Assembly (NCBI GenBank): GCA_964575845.1
Contig: CAZNSX010000006.1
Location: 5,378-69,377, forward strand
DNA length: 64,000 bases
Reading direction: 5' to 3'
Source of the DNA: an uncultured bacterium
Lineage (GTDB): Bacteria > UBA8248 > CAZNSX01
Shown: one piece after another, positions 9,715 through 19,332 of the stretch
Layout of the letters: each line of letters starts with the position of its first letter
How positions within the stretch are numbered: position 1 is the stretch's first letter
Notes under the pieces: model-generated
Told to the model about the DNA's origin: nothing
The model's database searches: none
What the model saw: the letters and a program-made list of their open reading frames with translations, nothing else
Made by a program: the position numbers and the translations under genes

Positions 9715-10716
9715 CTATTTCCGCGGGGCGCGCCACAGTCCGAGCTCTTTGATCAGGGTCCGGAGCATCGCGTCCATCTTATCCGAATACTCCGTGAAAG
9801 CCTCCCTATCCCTGTAGACGATACCCACCAGAGCCTTATTGGCGCGCTCGATAAGCTCTGGGTCTTTCAACGCCTTGGCCATGCTTTTGTCGAGAAATTC
9901 AACTATCTCTTTGGGAGTTCCCTTCGGTGCGAAGAGGCCGTGCCAGCTCCCCATGACGTAGTCGATGCCCTGTTCTCTGAAGGTCGGATACTCGGGATAA
10001 AGTGGGTTCCGCTCTTCGGCGGCTATGCCTAACACGCGAATCTTTTTCGCCTCGACCAACGCGCGGAAGGAGCTCGGAACCGCGAGCTGGGTTTCCAGAT
10101 GACCGCCGGCCAGAGCCACCGAAGCACCGGCATCTCCCTTGTGCGGGATGTTTGCTATCTCGACCCCGGCTGCTTTTGCGAACGAACCGGCGAAGATGTG
10201 TGAGCCAGAGCCTATACCGGCGATGCCGTTGCGAACCTTCCCAGGGTTTTTCTCAGCATAGCCTACCAGCTCCTTCAGGTCGCGCCATGGAGAGTTCACA
10301 TTGACCGCGATGGCCGCAGGGTCAAAGTTTACCTGGCAGATGAGCTCGTATTCTTTGAGGTCTGTCGGAGTGACCTGGGAATACTGGGTCGTCCAGAATC
10401 CGATTGAGAAAAATCCCAGGGTGTAGCCATCGGGCTTGGCCCTTGCCACTTCCTTGGCGCCGATGACGCCGGCCCCGCCCGGCTTGTTTATGATGACCGC
10501 TGTTTGGCCGAGATACTTCTCAAAGGTCGGCATGATGACACGCGCGGTGAGGTCGGTGCGGCCCCCAGGGCTCCAGGGAACTATCACAGTGACCCGCTTG
10601 GCGGGATACTTCGCTGCGGCGGCATATGCAGGTAACGCCACGCAGACCATCAAGAAGCAGATGGCCATTACGAGGAAAAACCCCTGCCACCGCCTTGCTC
10701 TTTGCCTATTTCCCAT
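9715..10716 (-). CDS. tctC: TTT family periplasmic substrate-binding protein (TctC/Bug)
   Basis: Signal peptide; YPAKRVTVIVPWSPGGRTD, NKPGGAG, PDGYTL, PTFREQG, APKGTP. Confidence 0.92.
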   Translation of the reverse strand: MGNRQRARRWQGFFLVMAICFLMVCVALPAYAAAAKYPAKRVTVIVPWSPGGRTDLTARVIMPTFEKYLGQTAVIINKPGGAGVIGAKEVARAKPDGYTLGFFSIGFWTTQYSQVTPTDLKEYELICQVNFDPAAIAVNVNSPWRDLKELVGYAEKNPGKVRNGIAGIGSGSHIFAGSFAKAAGVEIANIPHKGDAGASVALAGGHLETQLAVPSSFRALVEAKKIRVLGIAAEERNPLYPEYPTFREQGIDYVMGSWHGLFAPKGTPKEIVEFLDKSMAKALKDPELIERANKALVGIVYRDREAFTEYSDKMDAMLRTLIKELGLWRAPRK

Positions 10717-11000
10717 GACGTTGCCCTCCTCTCTTTTCTACGATTACCGATTTTGGAAAACCACTTACGACCATAGGTGGATCCCTAGCATTGGCGGCGA
10801 TAAAGAGGTGTTCGCGCGGAAGCCCCTTTATTTCCCTTAGGAAGGCTTGGAGGCAATACTACATTGAAGAACTCGGTGCCGCAACCTCCATAAACTCTAA
10901 GTCTCTGAAAATTAGCTTGATTTATCATTCCAGCGGCAATATCTTTGCCCCCGATAGCTAGCGAAGGCAAGTTTTCGGCGGAAGAAGGGAGGACAGTGAG

Positions 11001-11816
11001 ATGCGCATAGGTCTCATCGGCTGTGGTGCCATAGGCAGCGTCATAATCAAGGCCATTGCGGCGGGCGAGGTTCCCGGTGCAGAGCTTGTAATCGTGGCAG
11101 ATCAAATCAAAACTCCCGCCGCGGAAGAGGCGGTTAAGACCTTGGGCTCTTTCTTCACCTCGGATACCGAAGAGGTTCTTGAGCAAGCCCTGGACCTGGT
11201 GATAGAGGCCGCCACCCAGGAGGTCGTAAGAGAATACGCTCCCAAGGTACTCAAAGCCAAAATGAACCTCATGATAATGAGCGTGGGAGCTTTGGTTGAT
11301 GGGGAGCTCAGGGAGCAACTCCTGACCCTCGCTCGGGAAAATGGCTGTAAGGTTTACTTCCCCTCAGGGGCCATCGGCGGTTTGGACGCGATAAAATCAT
11401 CAAACATCGGCGAGCTGAGGGAAGTGACCATCATTACCATTAAGCCGCCCGAGGCCCTTGAAGGAGCGCCCTACATAGAGAAAAAGGGGATCGACCTGGC
11501 TGCGATCAAAGAGCCCACGCTCATCTACGAGGGCGCCGCCCAGGAGGCCGCGCGCGAGTTTCCGAAGAACATAAACGTATCCGTGGCCTTGAGTCTCGCG
11601 GGCATCGGGCCGGAGCGGACCAGGGTGGTTATCACAGCCGACCCCAAAGAAACTCGCAATATCCACATAATCGAGGCCAAGGGCGATTTCGGTGAAGGAA
11701 AGTTCGAGGTGGCTGGTCTGCCGAGCCCCGATAACCCCAAGACGAGCCACCTGGCCGGACTGTCCGCTGTTGCGACCCTGAAAAAGATCACCGACCCATT
11801 CCAGGTCGGGACCTGA
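11001..11816 (+). CDS. nadX: L-aspartate dehydrogenase
   Basis: GLIGCGAIG, EAA, MSVGAL, PSGAIGGLD, KPP, FPKNINV, ADP, NIH, NPKTS; RBS gggagg. Confidence 0.9.
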   Translation: MRIGLIGCGAIGSVIIKAIAAGEVPGAELVIVADQIKTPAAEEAVKTLGSFFTSDTEEVLEQALDLVIEAATQEVVREYAPKVLKAKMNLMIMSVGALVDGELREQLLTLARENGCKVYFPSGAIGGLDAIKSSNIGELREVTIITIKPPEALEGAPYIEKKGIDLAAIKEPTLIYEGAAQEAAREFPKNINVSVALSLAGIGPERTRVVITADPKETRNIHIIEAKGDFGEGKFEVAGLPSPDNPKTSHLAGLSAVATLKKITDPFQVGT

Positions 11817-11868
11817 AGCTTATCGTTCGCTGCGGACTGAAAAGTCAGTTTTTTCAGGTCTTCGGCCC

Positions 11869-12978
11869 TCAATCTTCCTGGCCCTTCTTCAGCGCATTCA
11901 GCTCGGCCTTGAGGCGCGCGACCTCACCCTCGAGCTCTTGAACCGTTTGGTCCTTTCGCTGCGCCAAGACCGCCGCCGCTTCGTCCTCCCGCCTCACCTT
12001 GGGGAATCCCGCGGTGGTAGGGATCATAGGGCCGGGTCCCAGGTCGAGGCGGACGCAGTCCCACCGCGAATCCTTACCCACCGGGTCTATGTAGCACTTG
12101 CGGCGGATGATGTCGTCCAGGTTGATGTCGGCTATCACGAGGCCCTCCTTTTCTTCCTCGGGGCCGGCCACGTACTCTCCGATGGGGTTGATGACTCCGC
12201 TCCCGCCGATGAACCCCCAGTGGGCGTTCTCCATGCCCGCAAACTTTGTCCGCTCCGCCTTCTCCCTTAGCTTCGGCTCCATCCAGGGTGCGGCAAGCAC
12301 GACGAAGCAGGCGGCCTCCAGCGCATAGCACCGCGAGGCATAATCGTCAACGGGCTTGTTGCTGCGCTTGCCGGGCCCGAAATCCGGCCACCCGGCCCAG
12401 CAGGCACAGTGTATCTCCTCACCCTGCATCATGAGGGAGTACTTGAAAAGGGGCTGCAGATGCTCGTAGCAGATGAGGCCGCCGATTCGTCCGATGTCGG
12501 TCTCGACCACATGGAAGAGGTCCTCGTGGGTGCCCCTCATGTGCAGCACTCTTTCCCTGTGGCTCGGCGTGAGCTTTCTGTGATGGCCTATGAGCTCGCC
12601 CTTGGGATTCATGAAGATGAGGGTATTGTAGAGGACGCCCTGATAAACGGGCACGACCTCGTTCACCCCAATACAGACATAGACGCCCGCCTTCTTGCAG
12701 GCCTCACCAAGCGCCCGGGTCTCCTCTCCGGGCACCTGCACTCCCTCAAGGATCATCGTGGTCAGAAGGTCCGACCATTCGCGTTCCCGCCTAAGGTCCA
12801 TTGACCAGTTTGGGAAAAGGGGGATGAACCCCTCTGGAAATACCACGAGCTGCACGTCCTGCTTTCCCGCCTCCTCGATGATGTGGCAGGCCTTTTCCGT
12901 GGTGGCCTTCTTGTTCATCGGGAGGACGGACATTCCGTTGAAGGCCGCGACCCGCACTTTGCGATGCTTTTGGCTCAT
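11869..12978 (-). CDS. Nitrilase / carbon-nitrogen hydrolase
   Basis: Glu-Lys-Cys triad (FPEG, HRKL, ICYEH); likely start ATG 12978 with ggagga RBS (ORF track starts at 13068); coiled-coil-like C-terminus. Confidence 0.88.
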   Translation of the reverse strand: MSQKHRKVRVAAFNGMSVLPMNKKATTEKACHIIEEAGKQDVQLVVFPEGFIPLFPNWSMDLRREREWSDLLTTMILEGVQVPGEETRALGEACKKAGVYVCIGVNEVVPVYQGVLYNTLIFMNPKGELIGHHRKLTPSHRERVLHMRGTHEDLFHVVETDIGRIGGLICYEHLQPLFKYSLMMQGEEIHCACWAGWPDFGPGKRSNKPVDDYASRCYALEAACFVVLAAPWMEPKLREKAERTKFAGMENAHWGFIGGSGVINPIGEYVAGPEEEKEGLVIADINLDDIIRRKCYIDPVGKDSRWDCVRLDLGPGPMIPTTAGFPKVRREDEAAAVLAQRKDQTVQELEGEVARLKAELNALKKGQED

Positions 12979-13071
12979 GTTTGCTCCTCCCTGCATCTTT
13001 ATCCCTTTGATTTCGGTAGGCTCTACAGCCTTGTTGGCCCTTGATTTTCCCCTTGCCCTTCTCGCCATGGC

Positions 13072-14475
13072 TTATTCCTTCGGCAATGGAGGCAGACCAT
13101 AACTGTCCCACTTCGCTCGAACCCCATCCAGCATCTCCTTGGGAGGCAGGGATATGGGTGGGTACGGATGTTTTCGGGTGGCATCTATGCCCATCTTAGA
13201 GCCGAAAACGCGCCGCTCCGCCGGCATTGAAGGGTCCAAAGAGTGACCTGTGCAGTCCGAGACGATCTCGATGTCACGGTCCGGCTGAACCCTGGTTGCC
13301 ACATGCCACTCGACATCGGCTGGGTCATAGACATCGCAGTCGTCCTCGACCACGATCAGCTGCTTGCAGCCAACAGGATAGGCACTCCAGCATCCATGGA
13401 ATACCTGCTTCACGTGCCCTGGCATCTGTTTTTTAATGCTGACCACCACATGGTACTGGGCTCCCATTTCCGTCACGCAAACAGCCTTCACCCCGGGGAT
13501 GCCGTGACGTTTCAGGGCACCCATAAGGATAACCTCGAGGGCGATGTCCTTCATGCGGCTGCCCTCGCTGGGAGGTTTCTGTTCTATGTAGGCCTGGTAG
13601 ATGGGGTTATCGCGGAAGGTGAGGGCGGTGACCTCGATGAAAGGGCGCTCACCCGCGGGGCCCATAAAACCGGCGAACTCTCCGAAGGGACCTTCTTCCT
13701 CTCGCTGGTGAGGAGGCACCCGCCCCTCTATGACGATCTCCGAGGTCGCGGGCACTTCCAGGTCGACGGTCTTGCACTTGACAAGCTCTATGGGTTCCTC
13801 TTTCAAACCGCCGGCCACATCCAGCTCATCCATTCCGTAAGGTATCCGAGCGGTGGATGTCATGCACACGGTGGGGTCCGGGCCGATGCAGGCGGCAACC
13901 TCCATCGGGCGGTTCAGGCTCTCATACTTCCGGTAGTGGATTCCCACATGCTTAGCCGGCAGGATGAGGATGCCCAGCCTGCGCGGTCCCTTGAGCTGCA
14001 TGCGGTAAACCCCGACATTGCGCTCACCAGTGTCAGGATCTTTGGTGAAAACGCAGCCTGCCGAGATGTAAGGCCCTGGGTCCAGGGCCGGCGTCCAGAC
14101 CGGGATGGGGAGCTTGGTGAGGTCCACCTCATCCCCAAGCAAGACGTTCTCGTGACACGCTCCTGCATCCACCAAAAGGGGCTTGCGGGGATACTCCAGG
14201 GCATGGACCCAATGCTTGTGAATAGCCTTCTGGGGCACATCCAGGGCGATTGCGTATATCTCCCGCAAACCGGCTATGGCGCCCACCGCCACAGGGATAT
14301 CGAAGCCCCTCACATTATCGAAAACAATCGCATAGCGGTGCTCGGGAGGAAGGTTCATGGTGTGGCGGGCAATGCAGGTGAGCTCCCAGTCCTTATCTAC
14401 AGGCGCCCTAATCCTGTGGAGGCGTCCCTTAGCCTCGAGCACCCCTATCAAGCTGCGGAAATCAGGGATTGCCAT
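13072..14475 (-). CDS. UbiD family (prFMN-dependent) decarboxylase
   Basis: NVGVYRM, VPATSEIVIEG, EGPFGEF, PPSE, SLDPS, KMGIDAT. Confidence 0.92.
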   Translation of the reverse strand: MAIPDFRSLIGVLEAKGRLHRIRAPVDKDWELTCIARHTMNLPPEHRYAIVFDNVRGFDIPVAVGAIAGLREIYAIALDVPQKAIHKHWVHALEYPRKPLLVDAGACHENVLLGDEVDLTKLPIPVWTPALDPGPYISAGCVFTKDPDTGERNVGVYRMQLKGPRRLGILILPAKHVGIHYRKYESLNRPMEVAACIGPDPTVCMTSTARIPYGMDELDVAGGLKEEPIELVKCKTVDLEVPATSEIVIEGRVPPHQREEEGPFGEFAGFMGPAGERPFIEVTALTFRDNPIYQAYIEQKPPSEGSRMKDIALEVILMGALKRHGIPGVKAVCVTEMGAQYHVVVSIKKQMPGHVKQVFHGCWSAYPVGCKQLIVVEDDCDVYDPADVEWHVATRVQPDRDIEIVSDCTGHSLDPSMPAERRVFGSKMGIDATRKHPYPPISLPPKEMLDGVRAKWDSYGLPPLPKE

Positions 14476-14490
14476 TCTTTTCTCCCCCTT

Positions 14491-15039
14491 CTAGGCCGAG
14501 AAAAAGGATGGCGGTGCCAGGGCAATTATTACCACCGCGGTCTTCCGGCCGGTGTTTTGTAGCCGGTGAGGAACGCTGCCGTCCCAGATGAAGCTGTCCC
14601 CTTCCTCCAGGTTGTAGGTCTGGCCCCCATAATTTGCCTGGACACTGCCCTCGACCACTAGGTGGCACTCCTTCCCCTCATGGGTGCGATGCTCCTTGGA
14701 GGATGCGCGGCCAGGAGGAATGCGCATGTAGAGCATCTCCAGGGAGTTCTGGCCATAGGGGGATAAAACCTCCACGCTGACGCCTTCCTCCCCCAATCGG
14801 ACCTTGTGGCGTTGTGACCTCTGAATTATCCTGGGCTCCTCTTCCTCCCTGAGCAAAAGGTAGGGAAGGGGAACATCAAGAGCCTCGGCTATTTTCCCCA
14901 ACGAACTGATAGAAGGAGAGCTGCGGTCGTTCTCGACCTGGCTGATAAACCCTCTGGAGAGGCCAGACGCCTCAGCGAGGTCGGGGATCGTCTTGCCCCG
15001 GAGCAAACGGATACTCCGAATCTTCTTGCCCAGCTTCAT
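14491..15039 (-). CDS. XRE-family HTH + cupin transcriptional regulator (PuuR/SutR-like)
   Basis: N-terminal HTH (LAEASGLSRGFISQVEN), C-terminal cupin (HEGKE...PHRLQN). Confidence 0.9.
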   Translation of the reverse strand: MKLGKKIRSIRLLRGKTIPDLAEASGLSRGFISQVENDRSSPSISSLGKIAEALDVPLPYLLLREEEEPRIIQRSQRHKVRLGEEGVSVEVLSPYGQNSLEMLYMRIPPGRASSKEHRTHEGKECHLVVEGSVQANYGGQTYNLEEGDSFIWDGSVPHRLQNTGRKTAVVIIALAPPSFFSA

Positions 15040-15135
15040 CTTACGGGAAGCTACCGGGTTCTTAAAAATTTCCCTTGACTAATCTCATTAGAGAGAGAAA
15101 AATTAGCTATATAAATAAAAATTTCATGCAGCTAA

Positions 15136-15165
15136 AATCTAGCGCTTCTCTCTATCATTTGTCAA
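15136..15165 (-). promoter_or_regulatory. Putative sigma70 promoter for the regulator-UbiD-nitrilase operon
   Basis: TTGACA-N18-TAGATT on the minus strand about 100 nt upstream of the start. Confidence 0.45.
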
Positions 15166-15534
15166 CACAATTTTCGGACCCGGAGGGAGATTTGGGCGCC
15201 AGCGTGGGTCGCCTTTCTCGGCGCTTTTCAGCTCTTGCCAAGAAAGAGGTGGCAACCGCTTACACAATTGCGGAAAGCGATTCGTACCGGGAGAGTTTCG
15301 ACTTTGCAGCCCAAAGCACTGTGTTTCCATTTGGAGCCTCTGTGAAAAATCCTCCGCTGCACTCCCGTCAGAGTGGAGAGAGCCATGCCGGGAGCTTAAG
15401 GCTTCCCAAGGTTTGCTCATGTCCAATCGTTAAACTGAAATGATTCTCACGGAGAGGAACAGGATATTTTTTGCCAGTATGGGTTTTTGAAGCGAAGTGA
15501 GAGCGTATTGCGGGTATGAATAAGGAGGGGAACA

Positions 15535-17826
15535 ATGGCAAGAGGTGCTAGCACGAACGCCGGACGCAAAGAGGTCATCATCAAGACGCCCACGGGTCTT
15601 TGTAAGATGTGCGACCACGACCAATGCCAGGTCAAGTGCGTCATCGAGAACGGTCGTCTTGTTCGCACAGAATCCATGCCAGCGGGCAACCCCTGGACAA
15701 CGTGGTTCAAGATCGAGGGCTGTCGCAGGCAGCAGAACATAGTCGAGCTGGTTTATCACCCGGGCCGTCTCAATTATCCTCTCAAGCGAAAGAGCGCCCG
15801 CGGTGACAACAAATGGCAGCAGATTTCCTGGGATGACGCCCTCGATGAGATTGCCGAGAAATTGGACAAGCTGCGCAAAGAGCACGGGGCCGAGACCCTG
15901 GCGGCCATCTGCGGCTTCTACAATGAGCAATGGGACATCGGCCGCTTCATGCACCTTTTCGGCTCACCGAACATCGAGAGCTGTGACGCTCGCATTTGCG
16001 GCGGCCTCGAAGCCTTCCTGAACGTCGTCACTTATGGCGGGGTGGCCCACTATGGGCCATGCGAGCCCGAGCACACCAAGCTCCTCGTGGTTTGGGCCGG
16101 GCGGCCTTCCATCACAAACCCCATCAAGTGGGAGCGCGGCCGGAAGGTCGAGAAATTGATCATCGTAGACCCCCGCCGGATCGATGAGACGAAAAGGGCC
16201 GACATCCACCTCCGGCTCCGGCCCGGCACCGATGCCGCCCTGGGCCTGGGCTGGTTGCACGTGATCATCAATGAGGGGCTCTATGACAAGGAGTTCGTGG
16301 AAAAGTGGTGCCACGGGTTTGACCAGCTCAAGGAGCGCGTCCAGAAATATCCGCCGCAGGTTGTGGAGGAGATCACCTGGGTGCCGAAGGAGAAGGTCGT
16401 TGAGGCAGCCCGCCTTTACGCCACGACCAAGCCGGCCTACATCCAATGGGGCACGGCCAGCGGCTACTTCGGGCTGAATGCCGGGGAGGCCGAAAGGGTG
16501 CGTTGTGCCCTCCGGGCCGTCACGGGCAACCTGGACGTCCCGGGAGGGAACGTATTTCTGCCGCCCCATAACTTCGTGCCCACGCTGGCCGAGCTCGAGC
16601 TTTCGGACGCCCTCCCCGAGGAACAGATAAAGAAAACCCTGGGCGCGGCCTCTGGGCGTTTCCGGGTGATGTCCTGGGAGGGTTTCGACCTGCTAAAGAA
16701 CAAGAAAAACGTCAGGGCCTGGGTCATTCGGGGAGCACCGTTGCCTTCCATATTCCATGCCATGAAGCACGGCGATCCCTATCCTGTCAAGGCGGCAATC
16801 ATGCTCGGATGCAATCCCATCGTGACCGTCTCCAACTCACGTGGGGTCTATGAGGCCTTGAGCAAGCTGGATCTGTTGGTGTTCAGCGAGGTGGTGATGA
16901 CCCCTTCCTCGGTCCTGGCCGATTACGTTTTCCCGGTCACGATGTGGATCGAACGGCCGCAGGTCTCGTTCCTGGAGCACCAGAACCACATGATCACAGG
17001 CCTCAGGGTGCTGCCCAAGAAAGTGGAAGGCCAGTTCGACCGGGGCGATGACTATGACCTCTTCCGCGGCCTGGGGATACGCCTCGGACAGGAGGAGCAC
17101 TGGCCATGGAAGGACCTCGATGAGTGCTACGACTGGCGTTTCTCCAAGATCAACACGACCTTTGAGGAGTTCGTCGAGAAGGAAGGATGGCGGACGCGGC
17201 CCCTCGAGTACAGGTCTTACGAGAAGAGGGGAGGCTTCAATACACCGACTGGAAAAGTGGAGCTCTACTCGACCATTTTCGAGAAGCTGGGATACGACCC
17301 CGTTCCCGACTACGAGGAGCCGGCCGAGAGCTCGGTGCGCACGCCGGAGCTCGCCGCCGAATATCCATACATCCTTATCAGCACGAAGCCGCGTGTTTAC
17401 CTGCACAGCTCCCAGCGGTACTCCAAGGGGCTAAGGAAGCACCATCCTGAGGCCTTTTGCGAGATCCACCCCGAGACCGCGGCTAAACACGGCATCAAGG
17501 AGGGCGACTATTTCTGGATCGAGACCAAGCGCGGGCGCATCTACCAGAAGGCGAGACTATTCGAGGGGATGGACCCCCGGGTCATAAACCCCGACTTCGG
17601 GTGGTGGTACCCGGAAGAGGACGGGGCATACCCCAATCTCTTCGGGGCCTGGCGCTCCAACTCAAACGTGCTGACCTCGGATGACCTCGAGCACTGCGGG
17701 GAGAGTTGCGGGAACTGGTACCTGGGGGTGGTCCAGGCCAAGGTCTATCGCTGCGAGGATGGCAAGAAGCCCGACATCTCAGAACTCTCCATCCCGGAGC
17801 GGATGCCCTCCCCGCCCGAGCCCTGA
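15535..17826 (+). CDS. Molybdopterin (bis-PGD) oxidoreductase, acetylene hydratase-like (paralog 1)
   Basis: CKMCDHDQC...C Fe-S motif, ISWDDALDEIA, RPGTD, GNLDVPGG, TPTGKVELYS; no Tat signal; RBS aggagg. Confidence 0.9.
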   Translation: MARGASTNAGRKEVIIKTPTGLCKMCDHDQCQVKCVIENGRLVRTESMPAGNPWTTWFKIEGCRRQQNIVELVYHPGRLNYPLKRKSARGDNKWQQISWDDALDEIAEKLDKLRKEHGAETLAAICGFYNEQWDIGRFMHLFGSPNIESCDARICGGLEAFLNVVTYGGVAHYGPCEPEHTKLLVVWAGRPSITNPIKWERGRKVEKLIIVDPRRIDETKRADIHLRLRPGTDAALGLGWLHVIINEGLYDKEFVEKWCHGFDQLKERVQKYPPQVVEEITWVPKEKVVEAARLYATTKPAYIQWGTASGYFGLNAGEAERVRCALRAVTGNLDVPGGNVFLPPHNFVPTLAELELSDALPEEQIKKTLGAASGRFRVMSWEGFDLLKNKKNVRAWVIRGAPLPSIFHAMKHGDPYPVKAAIMLGCNPIVTVSNSRGVYEALSKLDLLVFSEVVMTPSSVLADYVFPVTMWIERPQVSFLEHQNHMITGLRVLPKKVEGQFDRGDDYDLFRGLGIRLGQEEHWPWKDLDECYDWRFSKINTTFEEFVEKEGWRTRPLEYRSYEKRGGFNTPTGKVELYSTIFEKLGYDPVPDYEEPAESSVRTPELAAEYPYILISTKPRVYLHSSQRYSKGLRKHHPEAFCEIHPETAAKHGIKEGDYFWIETKRGRIYQKARLFEGMDPRVINPDFGWWYPEEDGAYPNLFGAWRSNSNVLTSDDLEHCGESCGNWYLGVVQAKVYRCEDGKKPDISELSIPERMPSPPEP

Positions 17827-17850
17827 GAGGAGACTCGCGAGCCGCATCGG

Positions 17851-19206
17851 TTGCGTTCGCTTGCGGCTAAGGGGACCAGACCCGTGAGCAAAGGCGCCGG
17901 AGCGCCCGCTGATGTCACTGGAGCAAGGGGAGGATTACTGAAGAGAAAGGTGCGCTCCAAAGACAAGGAAATTGAACAACCTTCCGTCTTCACTCTCGAC
18001 TTCAAGCGCAAGCTTGGGGTGTGCCTGAACTGTGGTCGCTGCGAGCGACTCTGCCCCATGTTCTCCCGCCTGAGGGAGGTCGCCGAGGGGAGGGGCGAGG
18101 GAGAAGCTTCTCTCAGCGATGCCCATTGCCTTGAGCTCATCGACCTCTGCTGCGACTGCAAGCTATGCATATTCGGCTGCCCCGAGCGCTATGACATTCC
18201 TGAGGAGATACGCCGGGCTAAAGCCAGCCGGTTGGAAAGGTTCGGCCGCACCATTTGCAGCCGGCTTCTGATGAATCCCGAGCGCCTTGGAAGGGCGGGC
18301 AATAGCCTCTGGCCTATCTCTAATTATATGGTGGGGAATCCCCTCAGTCGGTGGGCCGCGGAGAAGTTCCTGGGAATTGCCGGAAAGCGCCCGTTGCCTC
18401 ATTTCGCAAGGCGATCTCTGCGAGGGTGGTTCGAGAGTCGCAGGCCCGGGACTCGCAGACTCAATGGGGGAATCAGTGGTAAGGTTGCCCTGTTCGCCGG
18501 CTGCTATAGCATGTACTTCGAGCCATCCGTCGCGATCACGGCTTGGGAGATTCTCGAAGGCTGCGGCCTTCAGCTTGTGCTCCCGGAGCAGAGCTGCTGT
18601 GGGCTGCCCAGGTTGGTTGAGGGGGATCGGGAAGGGGCCCTGGAATCCATCCGGGATAATCTCGCGAGTCTGGCCCGAGTTGTCATGCAAGGGTATGACC
18701 TCCTCACTCTTTGCAATAGCTGCGCCGTGATGTTCTTCTTCGAATATCCCGACCTCGTGCGGGGAGACGAAGCGCTCCTCGTTGCCGATGCCACCCACGA
18801 CCTCCTGCAATACATGGCCTTGCTGCAACAGAAGGGGAGGCTGGCCCTCAGTTTAAGACCGCACCCTGCGAGGGTTGCCTATTATGTCTCATGCCACCGC
18901 AAGGTATTGCAGGTCGGGGCTCCGGCGCTGGCACTGCTTCAGATGATCCCCGAGCTTGAGGTTGAACCGGTAGATATCGGCTGCTGCGGGTTCGGGGGCG
19001 CATGGGGGTTCCAGAAGAAAAACTACGAAATATCCTTGGGCTGGGGAAATCAGCTTTTCGAAGAGCTCAAGAAAGGGGCGTGGGATGCGGTGGTCACAGA
19101 ATGCGCCCTTTGCAGAGACCAGATTCGAGCAGGAACGGGTCTAAGAGTTTTTCACCCCCTGGAGCTGATGCTCAGGTCGCACTCAAGGAGGGGGGGAAGC
19201 GGGTGA
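17851..19206 (+). CDS. GlpC/HdrD-like (Fe-S)-binding protein with CCG domains
   Basis: CLNCGRCERLCP and CCDCKLCIFGCP ferredoxin motifs plus two CCG motifs; true start may be near 17938-17950. Confidence 0.83.
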   Translation: MRSLAAKGTRPVSKGAGAPADVTGARGGLLKRKVRSKDKEIEQPSVFTLDFKRKLGVCLNCGRCERLCPMFSRLREVAEGRGEGEASLSDAHCLELIDLCCDCKLCIFGCPERYDIPEEIRRAKASRLERFGRTICSRLLMNPERLGRAGNSLWPISNYMVGNPLSRWAAEKFLGIAGKRPLPHFARRSLRGWFESRRPGTRRLNGGISGKVALFAGCYSMYFEPSVAITAWEILEGCGLQLVLPEQSCCGLPRLVEGDREGALESIRDNLASLARVVMQGYDLLTLCNSCAVMFFFEYPDLVRGDEALLVADATHDLLQYMALLQQKGRLALSLRPHPARVAYYVSCHRKVLQVGAPALALLQMIPELEVEPVDIGCCGFGGAWGFQKKNYEISLGWGNQLFEELKKGAWDAVVTECALCRDQIRAGTGLRVFHPLELMLRSHSRRGGSG

Positions 19207-19332
19207 GGTCGGCAATATGAAAGCCGGGCTTGAGTCTCCAGCCAGGATGGTCACGGTAGATCTTTCCCCGTCTGATATCGGGAAGAGGTATAATCCTGAA
19301 AAATAGGCCAACCCTTAACCAGGAGGTTTTCC

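Noticed and set aside
15075-15534. Moco/Tuco riboswitch or 122-aa ORF upstream of paralog 1
   Set aside because: Only scattered short hairpins, no recognisable consensus; ORF has no RBS or motif
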